Assembly (NCBI GenBank): GCA_035303785.1
Contig: DATGRI010000030.1
Span: 22,047-86,046 of the forward strand
Origin: Sphingobacteriaceae bacterium
GTDB taxonomy: Bacteria; Bacillota; Sulfobacillia; Thermaerobacterales; RSA17
Direction of reading: 5' to 3'
DNA: 64,000 nucleotides
A program made the position numbers and the translations under genes. The stretch's first letter is position 1. The number at the start of each line of letters is the position of its first letter. The notes under the pieces were generated by a model. It searched no databases, was not told the origin of the DNA, and saw only the letters and a program-made list of their open reading frames with translations. This document shows positions 19,537 through 26,641 of this stretch, in pieces.

Positions 19537-20661
19537 TCAGCCGACCCGGCCCACATCGTCGGGGTCGCCGGCGCTGCCGCCGCCCCAGGCCCACAGGGCC
19601 ACTTCCCGGGGGGTCCAGCCCTTGAGCCCCATCTTGGACAAGGTGCGGCCGGTGCGCCAGAAGTCGACGCCCGCCACCGCGCTGCCCAGGGATACGATGG
19701 AGGACATGGTGGGCATGGGAATGCCCGCCAGGCGGCCCAGGGCCACCATGGGCACCAGGCTGGTGGGCACGTCTTCGTGGATGTAGCGATGGTCCAAACG
19801 GGTGGGGGCCAGAATGCCCTTATAGGCATCGTTGTTCTGCAGGGCTTCGTACAAATTGTCCCCCTTGGCGCCGTAGGCCCGGTACAGCCAATCCTTGGCG
19901 CTGAGGCCGTGCACCCCGTAGGCCCTGGCCACGGCCAGTCGCTCGGCGTCCATAGCCTCCAAGACCTTGGCCACCGAGGGGCTGATGCCGGTGCGGTAGT
20001 ACTCGAAGTCGCTGTCGGGGTCCTCGATGCGGGCCGCGTTCAGCAGCGTGGGCGCCGGATGGAAAATGGCCCCGATGTTATTGAGCGAAGTTTCCAAAAC
20101 GCTTACGGCCGGCGTGAACTGGGGCAGCGCCCGGGAAATCTTGTCCAGCACCGTCCGGGTCAAGTGCCCGGGCAGCGCCGCCAACGGCACACGCCGCTTG
20201 ATCCCGAAGATGGTTACCTGGGCGGGGCCGGCAATACGGCTGGCAAACAAAAAGGTTTGGGCTTCGGCCACCAGGCAGTCGGGGCCGCCGGCCAACCGCA
20301 GTTCGCGGGCAAACTCCAAGGCACCGCCCGTGCGTCCGGGATTCAAAATTACAACTTGCTCGGGTGTCAGATGGGGAGCCAACTGCCGGGCCACCGCCCC
20401 ATGGGCGTTGGCCGGAACAACTACCATGACGACCTGAACGTCTCGCAGGGCTTCGGCGGGGTCGGTAGTTACGGTACCGAGGGGGCCAAAGCCGGTCAAA
20501 ACGCCGGTCAAATGGACACCGCCTGCGGCAGCGACAGGATCAATTCGTTCAGCAGACTTGTTGAACAGGTTTACGTGATAACCGCGGTGGGCCAGGTAAC
20601 CGGCCATGGCCTGGCCGCCGTGACCGGCGCCCACTACGGCGAAGCGCGTGTAGCGACGCAA
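19537..20661 (-). CDS. NAD(P)-dependent opine (octopine/nopaline) dehydrogenase family protein
   Basis: N-terminal GxGxxG (FAVVGAGHGGQAMAGYLA) and C-terminal RYIHEDVPTSLVPMVALGRLAGIPMP, typical of the family. The TTG at 20661 is 8 nt after GGAGG. The longest ORF starts with GTG at 20670. Confidence 0.8.
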   Translation of the reverse strand: MRRYTRFAVVGAGHGGQAMAGYLAHRGYHVNLFNKSAERIDPVAAAGGVHLTGVLTGFGPLGTVTTDPAEALRDVQVVMVVVPANAHGAVARQLAPHLTPEQVVILNPGRTGGALEFARELRLAGGPDCLVAEAQTFLFASRIAGPAQVTIFGIKRRVPLAALPGHLTRTVLDKISRALPQFTPAVSVLETSLNNIGAIFHPAPTLLNAARIEDPDSDFEYYRTGISPSVAKVLEAMDAERLAVARAYGVHGLSAKDWLYRAYGAKGDNLYEALQNNDAYKGILAPTRLDHRYIHEDVPTSLVPMVALGRLAGIPMPTMSSIVSLGSAVAGVDFWRTGRTLSKMGLKGWTPREVALWAWGGGSAGDPDDVGRVG

Positions 20662-20755
20662 GTTTATCACCTCCAGGGTCTGCTCCTGGCTCCATCAGCC
20701 TCCCGTCGGACCAATTGTTGGGTGGAAAAAATCTGCTGGGTTTCAGGACCATGTA

Positions 20756-20785
20756 ATTATACTGTAAAAACCCCAGGGGGGTCAA
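20756..20785 (-). promoter_or_regulatory. candidate sigma-A promoter TTGACC-N18-TATAAT for the opine-DH / B12-like operon
   Basis: Minus-strand TTGACC at 20785-20780 and TATAAT at 20761-20756, in the only AT-rich stretch of this gap. The -35 overlaps the stop codon of the upstream ORF. Confidence 0.45.
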
Positions 20786-21348
20786 AGAGACGGCCGGGCG
20801 GCGTCGTCGTGCAGCAGCTTTTCCAGGCGCAGGGCCAAGGCCTCGCTCTCCTGGATCACCTGACGGAGCTTCAACAAGTTTACTTCCAACTCCTTGTAGA
20901 TATTACCCGCCTCCTGGAGGCCCGGGGCGCCCTGGCCACCCGGTACACCGCCACCAGACCCCCCGGCGCCGCCGGTGGTGTCGCCGGTCGATGATCCGGC
21001 ATCTTCATAGCCGTCGGGGCTGAGGACCGGGGGCACACCACGCCCTGGGACGGCGTCTTCCGCCCGCTGAACTCCCTCCCCCCCGGTGCCCAGCCCCAGG
21101 AGATGGGCCAGGCGGGCCAGCACCCCCGAGTGCTCAGCATTTTGCCCTCCGGCTGCCTGCCGGCCCGGACCGGAATCTTGCCCCTGCTGCGGCGGCTCCG
21201 GCTTCCCCCCTTGCCCTGGGCCGGGCCGGAGTTCCTGCCGGAGCAGGGGTGCCAGTTCCGCCTGGATGACCTGCCGGACCTCGTTGCGGATCATGCCGGC
21301 CAATGTGCCCCTCATGCGCCGCCCCACGGTCAGCACCCTCCCCGCCAA
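20782..21348 (-). CDS. hypothetical protein (helical N-terminus, Gly/Pro/Gln-rich middle, coiled-coil-like C-terminus)
   Basis: 188-aa ORF with genome-typical GC3. The C-terminus NIYKELEVNLLKLRQVIQESEALALRLEKLL has heptad character. No motif recognised. Confidence 0.5.
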   Translation of the reverse strand: MAGRVLTVGRRMRGTLAGMIRNEVRQVIQAELAPLLRQELRPGPGQGGKPEPPQQGQDSGPGRQAAGGQNAEHSGVLARLAHLLGLGTGGEGVQRAEDAVPGRGVPPVLSPDGYEDAGSSTGDTTGGAGGSGGGVPGGQGAPGLQEAGNIYKELEVNLLKLRQVIQESEALALRLEKLLHDDAARPSL

Positions 21349-21463
21349 GGTGGATGATGACTTTAGCGTGGCCCGCCGCCGGTCCCCTTATCACCGAGCG
21401 CCGCCCCGGGGTCCGGCGGGAGGGACCGCTGGTATGATAGGGCACGGAAGAGGTGGCCGACCG

Positions 21464-23260
21464 GTGGACGGGCTTTTTCTCCATGCATCGCTGAAAGAAC
21501 TGGAGCCCCTGGTGCGGGGCAGCCGGGTGGATCGCATTTCCCAGCCCCGGCCCAACACGGTGCTGCTCACCCTGTATGGGCGGGGCGGCCGGTGCCGGAT
21601 CATTGTCGATGTAACCCCGGGCACCGGCGCCCTTTTCCGGACCGGTGCCCGCTGGACCAACCCCCCGCAGCCGCCGGTGTTCACCATGGTGCTGCGGAAG
21701 CACCTGCTGGGCCTGCGCCTGGTGGACCTGGGCCAGGCGGGCCTGGACCGGGCCGCCTGGTTCCGGTTCCGGGGAGCCCGGGAGGGACGGCCCGTGGAGC
21801 GGGTGCTGCAGGCAGAATTTTTTGGCCCCGTTCCCCGCCTGGTGCTGCTGGATGCCGGGGGCACAGTGATCGACGCCCTGCGCCGCCTGGATCCCGAGGC
21901 CCATGATCGCCCGGCCTGGCCGGGGATGGCCTATGAGCCGCCGCCGGCGGCCCCCGGGCGGTGGGATCCCTTGACCGGCGACCCGGAAGTCCTGCCCCCT
22001 TTGCTGGCCCGGGCCCTGGCGGAACCCATGCCGCCGGAGCGGGCCGTCACCCAGACGGTGGCGGGTGTGGGCCCCCTCTTGGGACGGGAGTCGGTTTACC
22101 GGGCCCTGGCCCTGGACCCTGATGGTGCCGATCCCGGCAGTTTGACGGCCCGCCGGCTGGCCCAAGGAGTGCTGGCCTGGGCCTTGCCCCTGCGCCGGGA
22201 AGGCCCGGTGCCCACTGTCCTCTGGCCCCAGGCGCCCGATGGGCCGGCCCGGCCCCGGCTGACGGCGGTGGATCTGGAGGGTCACCGCCGGGCGGGGGAG
22301 ACGGTGCGGGTGTACGACACCTGCGGGGAGGCAGCCGACGCTGTGTTGGCCGGGCCCGAGGCGGCCATGGACGACATGCGCCGCTCCCTGCAGCAGGCGG
22401 CGGCCCAGGCCCGGCGCAAGGTGCAGCGGCTGGTGACGGCCCGGCGCCTGGATTTGTCCCGGGGACGGCGGGCCGAGGAATGGCGCCGCTTTGCCGACCT
22501 GCTGACGGCCAACTTGTGGCGCTGGCCCGGGGGCCGGCCCGTGGGCCACCGGGTTTCGGTGCCCGACTTGGAATCACCCGAAGGACCGCCCGTGGAAATT
22601 CCCTTGGACCCGACCCTCTCCCCGGCCAAGAATGCCGAGGTCTACTACGACCGCTACCGCAAGGCCCGGCGCACCGTGGATCAGGCGTCGGCCCGCCTGG
22701 CCGAGGCGGAGGCCGACCTGGCCTACATCGACAGTTTCCTTCTTCATCTGGAACAGGCGGAAACGGAGGCGGAGGTGGCGGCCTTGGTCCAGGAATGGGA
22801 GGCCGCCGCCAAAGCCAGGGAGGGGCCTAAAGGGAAGGGCCGGGCGAAAGCCCCCCGCCGGGACCAGGACCCCCAGGCCGGCGAGCCCCGCCGCTTCGTC
22901 TCCCGGGAAGGGCTGCCCATTTACGTAGGCCGCAACAACAAGCAGAACGACTGGCTGGTCTTCCAAAAGGCGGCGCCCCATGATCTGTGGTTCCATGCCC
23001 GGGGCATCCCCGGCGCCCATGTGGTGGTGCGCCTGCCCCACCCCGGTGCCGAGGCAGGCCCCGACACCATCCACGATGCTGCCGTCCTGGCCGCCTATTA
23101 CAGCCAGGCCCGGAACGGCGCCAACGTGCCCGTGGACTGGGTTCCCGTGAAGCGGGTCAAGAAGATACCCGGCCAGAAGCCGGGCATGGTGCGCTACGAG
23201 GGCCAGCGCACCCTTTGGGTCACGCCGGACCCGGCCCTGGTGGAAGCTCTACGTCGCTGA
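21464..23260 (+). CDS. rqcH: RqcH / fibronectin-binding protein A family (NFACT) ribosome quality-control protein
   Basis: NFACT-N start (V)DGLFLHASLKEL, coiled-coil middle and C-terminal FVSREGLPIYVGRNNKQNDWLVF...FHARGIPGAHVVV. The GTG at 21464 is 8 nt after GGAAGAGGTGG. An alternative ATG lies at 21434. Confidence 0.88.
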   Translation: MDGLFLHASLKELEPLVRGSRVDRISQPRPNTVLLTLYGRGGRCRIIVDVTPGTGALFRTGARWTNPPQPPVFTMVLRKHLLGLRLVDLGQAGLDRAAWFRFRGAREGRPVERVLQAEFFGPVPRLVLLDAGGTVIDALRRLDPEAHDRPAWPGMAYEPPPAAPGRWDPLTGDPEVLPPLLARALAEPMPPERAVTQTVAGVGPLLGRESVYRALALDPDGADPGSLTARRLAQGVLAWALPLRREGPVPTVLWPQAPDGPARPRLTAVDLEGHRRAGETVRVYDTCGEAADAVLAGPEAAMDDMRRSLQQAAAQARRKVQRLVTARRLDLSRGRRAEEWRRFADLLTANLWRWPGGRPVGHRVSVPDLESPEGPPVEIPLDPTLSPAKNAEVYYDRYRKARRTVDQASARLAEAEADLAYIDSFLLHLEQAETEAEVAALVQEWEAAAKAREGPKGKGRAKAPRRDQDPQAGEPRRFVSREGLPIYVGRNNKQNDWLVFQKAAPHDLWFHARGIPGAHVVVRLPHPGAEAGPDTIHDAAVLAAYYSQARNGANVPVDWVPVKRVKKIPGQKPGMVRYEGQRTLWVTPDPALVEALRR

Positions 23261-24227
23261 ACTCGGGGATTTCCTCCAGGCGCAGGGGCTCACCCCTGAG
23301 GCGGGTGAGGAAGTTGTCGAAATCGGGGGGCAGGGGGGCGAACAGCAAAATGGGCTCCCCGGTGCGGGGATGGCGGAAGCGCAGCCGGTAGGCATGGAGG
23401 GCCTGGCCGCCCAGCCCCTGCACCGTGCGCCGCCGGCCGTAGACGGGATCGCCGGCGATGGGGTGCTCGATGTGGGATAGATGCACCCGGATCTGGTGGG
23501 TGCGCCCCGACTGGAGCTTCACGTCCAGCAAGGCCAAGTCCCCGTAGCCCGGCACGTCCCGGTACACTTCCAGCACCCGGAACAGGGTCAAGGCCGAACG
23601 GCCCCCCGTGGGCACCGCCGCCATCTGCTGCCGCCGGGTGGGATGGCGGCCGACGGGCACGTCGATGATCCCCTCCCGGGTGGGCGGCACCCGGTGGACC
23701 AATGCCAGATAGCGCCGTTCCATGTCCCGGGTGCGCAGCTGGTTGGCCAGGTGGTAATGGGCTTGGTCGTTCTTGGCCACGATGATGAGGCCGGTGGTGT
23801 CCCGGTCCAGCCGGTGGACGATGCCGGGCCGCATGGGCCCCGCCACCTGGGACAGGCTGTCGGTGTAGGCCAGGAGGGCATTGACCAAAGTGCCGCTGGT
23901 GTGGCCTGCGGCGGGGTGCACCACCATGCCCCGGGGCTTGTTGATGACCAGCACGTCGTCGTCTTCGTAGACCACGTCCAGGGGGATGTCCTCAGGCTGG
24001 GGCAGGTCGTTTTCTTCAGGCCGGGGGAGCCGCACATCGATGATCTGGCCGGGGGCGACGGTGGCCGATGGCCGCACGGTTTTGCCGTCCACCGTCACCA
24101 TGCCCGCCTTGATGAGGGCCTGGGCCCGGGTGCGGGTCAAGCCGGAATCCAACTGCAGGGCCAGAAAGCGGTCCAGCCGCTCGCCGGCCCATTCCTCGTC
24201 CACCACGTAGTGCAGGCGTTCGCTCAT
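23220..24227 (-). CDS. rluD: 23S rRNA pseudouridine synthase RluD
   Basis: S4-like N-terminus and catalytic HRLDRDTTGLIIVAKN. The ATG at 24227 overlaps the lspA stop (ATGA). The 466-aa ORF extension overlaps lspA and is discounted. Confidence 0.9.
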   Translation of the reverse strand: MSERLHYVVDEEWAGERLDRFLALQLDSGLTRTRAQALIKAGMVTVDGKTVRPSATVAPGQIIDVRLPRPEENDLPQPEDIPLDVVYEDDDVLVINKPRGMVVHPAAGHTSGTLVNALLAYTDSLSQVAGPMRPGIVHRLDRDTTGLIIVAKNDQAHYHLANQLRTRDMERRYLALVHRVPPTREGIIDVPVGRHPTRRQQMAAVPTGGRSALTLFRVLEVYRDVPGYGDLALLDVKLQSGRTHQIRVHLSHIEHPIAGDPVYGRRRTVQGLGGQALHAYRLRFRHPRTGEPILLFAPLPPDFDNFLTRLRGEPLRLEEIPEFSDVELPPGPGPA

Positions 24228-24679
24228 GGGGTCGACTCGCCTTTGCCGGCCTCCGCTCCCCACAGGAGATAGACGGCCGCCAGGATCACCCCGACCACGA
24301 TGGCCGCGTCGGCCGCATTGAAGACGGGCCATATGCGGAAATCGATGAAATCCACCACGGCGCCCACCAGGATGCGGTCGATGAAGTTCCCCATGGCGCC
24401 GCCCAGAAGGAGGCCCAGGCCGAATCGGGCCCACGGCGACTTGATCCGCCAGGCGTAGTAGAAAATCCCCACCATGACCACGGCCGAGACCGCGACCAAG
24501 AAGGTTCTTTGATACGGAAACAAGCCGAAGGCGGCACCGGGGTTGCGGATGTGGGTGAGGTGCAGGATGCCCGGGATGAGCGCCAGGGACTCGGCCGGCG
24601 CCAGGGTGCGCACCACCCACAGCTTGGTTGCCCGGTCCAGCAGCAGAACGCCCACGGCTGCCAGCATCACCAGCGGCAA
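24224..24679 (-). CDS. lspA: lipoprotein signal peptidase II
   Basis: IRNPGAAFG and FNAADAAIVVG motifs with 4 TM segments. Confidence 0.92.
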   Translation of the reverse strand: MPLVMLAAVGVLLLDRATKLWVVRTLAPAESLALIPGILHLTHIRNPGAAFGLFPYQRTFLVAVSAVVMVGIFYYAWRIKSPWARFGLGLLLGGAMGNFIDRILVGAVVDFIDFRIWPVFNAADAAIVVGVILAAVYLLWGAEAGKGESTP

Positions 24680-24734
24680 TGGAACAGAGCCTCCTTCATG
24701 CTGACAACCATTGTAACACGGGCAAGCACGGCCC

Positions 24735-25310
24735 TTACGTCAACCCCGGCTCCTCCAACCCGCCCTCCGGCTCCTCGCTGGAGGTGCCGTAGCGGGCTAC
24801 CGCCTGCCAGGCGTCCTCCTGGTCGAAGGCGACCCTTTCGTCGTCATAGGCGCCGTACAGGGCGGGCCAGGATGCAGACCGGCGGGTGGCCTCCCCCGCC
24901 CGGGCGGCGCCCCCGGGACCCCGGGCCGCCCTTTCCCGGGCGCAATCAATGCACAAGACCGTTTCCGGCACGGCAGCCAGCCGCTCCCGGCCGATGGGCC
25001 GGCCGCAGTTGCTGCAGGTGCCGTAGAGGCCCGCCCGCACCCGGGCCAGGGCTTCTTCCACCTGGTCCAGGCGGCCGGCCAGCAGGTCCAGGGCCCCCAA
25101 TTCCCGGCTCCGCTGAAACAGTTCGGTGCCGATGTCGGCGGGGTGGTTGTCGTAGGTGCTGAGTTCCTGCAGGCCTTCCCCCAGGCTGGTTTCCCGGTGG
25201 GCCGCCCGCAATTGCTGCAGCTGGCCCTGCAATTGGCGCTGCAGGGCCAACAGCCGCCGGGCGAAGCCCTCCTGCTCGGCGGCTGTCAGGTGGGACGGCT
25301 GCTTGGGCAT
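24735..25310 (-). CDS. DksA/TraR C4 zinc-finger family protein (YlyA/YteA-like)
   Basis: CSNCGRPIGRERLAAVPETVLCIDCA zinc finger after a coiled-coil region. It sits upstream of lspA, as ylyA does in Bacillus. Confidence 0.75.
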   Translation of the reverse strand: MPKQPSHLTAAEQEGFARRLLALQRQLQGQLQQLRAAHRETSLGEGLQELSTYDNHPADIGTELFQRSRELGALDLLAGRLDQVEEALARVRAGLYGTCSNCGRPIGRERLAAVPETVLCIDCARERAARGPGGAARAGEATRRSASWPALYGAYDDERVAFDQEDAWQAVARYGTSSEEPEGGLEEPGLT

Positions 25311-25336
25311 GGGCCAACTCCCCCTCGCTTACCGGT

Positions 25337-25690
25337 TTACGGGGGGTAGAGGGCCATCCGGGCCTGGACCACCCGCACCACCTGGGCGATGAAGTCGCCG
25401 ATGACGGGCAGGTTCAGCATCATGAGGCGCTGGAGGATGATCAGCAGCACCGCGCTGAGGACGGCAAAACCGACGGCGATGCCCAAGCCCCTGGCCACGC
25501 CGCTGAGGAAGTTGAGCCACAGCAGGCGCCGGGGATTTTGGAACAAGGCCACGTATTCGGCCAGGTGCATCCTCTCCAGGTGCCACACCAGATCCTCCAG
25601 GCGCCGCGCCAAGGAGTCCAGTACGGGGACGGCCGCGCCGGCACCGCCATCCTGACCGCCCTTTCCGGTGGATGCAGGTGCCATGGACAT
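25337..25690 (-). CDS. DUF5665-like small membrane protein
   Basis: 117 aa. YVALFQNPRRLLWLNFLSGVARGLGIAVGFAVLSAVLLIILQ is a hydrophobic hairpin. Confidence 0.55.
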   Translation of the reverse strand: MSMAPASTGKGGQDGGAGAAVPVLDSLARRLEDLVWHLERMHLAEYVALFQNPRRLLWLNFLSGVARGLGIAVGFAVLSAVLLIILQRLMMLNLPVIGDFIAQVVRVVQARMALYPP

Positions 25691-25754
25691 CTCTCCCCTC
25701 CTGGAGGATAAGTTGTCCCATCGGGTGTCTTTCCAACGGCCGGATCGAGGAAGG

Positions 25755-26510
25755 CTACACCTGGGCCCGCCGGTCGTCCCGCAAGGCTTCCCGGACGACG
25801 GCGGAGGCCAGCACTTCGGTGGCGTCCACTACAGGAATGCTGCCCCCTTGGGGCAGGGTGAAGGTCTTGATGGGTCCCGGGTATCCATCGTTGAACAGCA
25901 GGGGAAGCTCGGTGCATCCCAGCACCAGCACCTCCGCGCCCCGGGCCGCCAGATGGGCCATCACCCGCCGCAGCCAGACCCGCGGGCGGCGGTACTGGCC
26001 CGCCTTGACCCCGGTAGGTTCGTAGATGCAGTTCATGACCAGGGCTTGGTGCTCTTCATCGGGCACCACCACTTCCAGGCGGCGCCGCTCCAGGGCTCGA
26101 TGGTACAAGCCTGTCTCGATGGTGCCGTCGGTGGCCAGCAGGCCCACCTTCCGGCGTCCCCGCAGGTCGTTGAACAGCAGGGTCGCCGTTTCCTCCATTA
26201 TATGGAGGACCGGCACGCCGACGGCCGCCCGGATGGCGGGGTAAAAGTAATGGGCCGTATTGCACGGCATGGCCAGCAGTTCGGCGCCGGCCTTCTCCAA
26301 GTTGACGGCCATTTCCGTCAGGACGGGCGTGGGGTCGGGGCCGTGGCCGTGGATGGCCGCCAGGCGGTCGGGGATGGCGGGATTGTTGTCCACGAGAATG
26401 CGCAGGTGGTCCCGGTCGCCGCAGGCCGGCGTAGCCCGGATGATCTTCCGGAATATGTCGGCTGTGGCCTCCGGGCCCATGCCGCCTATGATGCCTACGG
26501 TCCGCCGCAT
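25755..26510 (-). CDS. aspartate/glutamate racemase family protein
   Basis: IIGGMGPEAT, MPCNTAH and LGCTELP give the two catalytic Cys motifs. The ATG at 26510 (MRRTVGIIGG) is preferred. Confidence 0.85.
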   Translation of the reverse strand: MRRTVGIIGGMGPEATADIFRKIIRATPACGDRDHLRILVDNNPAIPDRLAAIHGHGPDPTPVLTEMAVNLEKAGAELLAMPCNTAHYFYPAIRAAVGVPVLHIMEETATLLFNDLRGRRKVGLLATDGTIETGLYHRALERRRLEVVVPDEEHQALVMNCIYEPTGVKAGQYRRPRVWLRRVMAHLAARGAEVLVLGCTELPLLFNDGYPGPIKTFTLPQGGSIPVVDATEVLASAVVREALRDDRRAQV

Positions 26511-26641
26511 CGGTTCATCTCTCCCCATGGGGGCGCCGGTCCACAGGACCTGCCCCGGCCGGAGCATTTCCAGCCCCGGCCCCCGTACATCCTATGTGAT
26601 CTTCCCGGCCGTTGCCCAGTTTCTATCGGCCGGCGCCGGCG

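Noticed and set aside
24228-24620. N-terminal extensions of several ORFs from the six-frame track. Examples are rluD to 24620, tgt to 61952, queA to 63204, yggS to 32651, ylmC to 35227, spoIIR to 36057, rpoZ to 13216 and yggU to 30360.
   Set aside because: The extensions overlap the upstream conserved gene in another frame and are Arg/Pro/Gly-rich. In each case an internal start with an RBS or an ATGA overlap reproduces the canonical family N-terminus.
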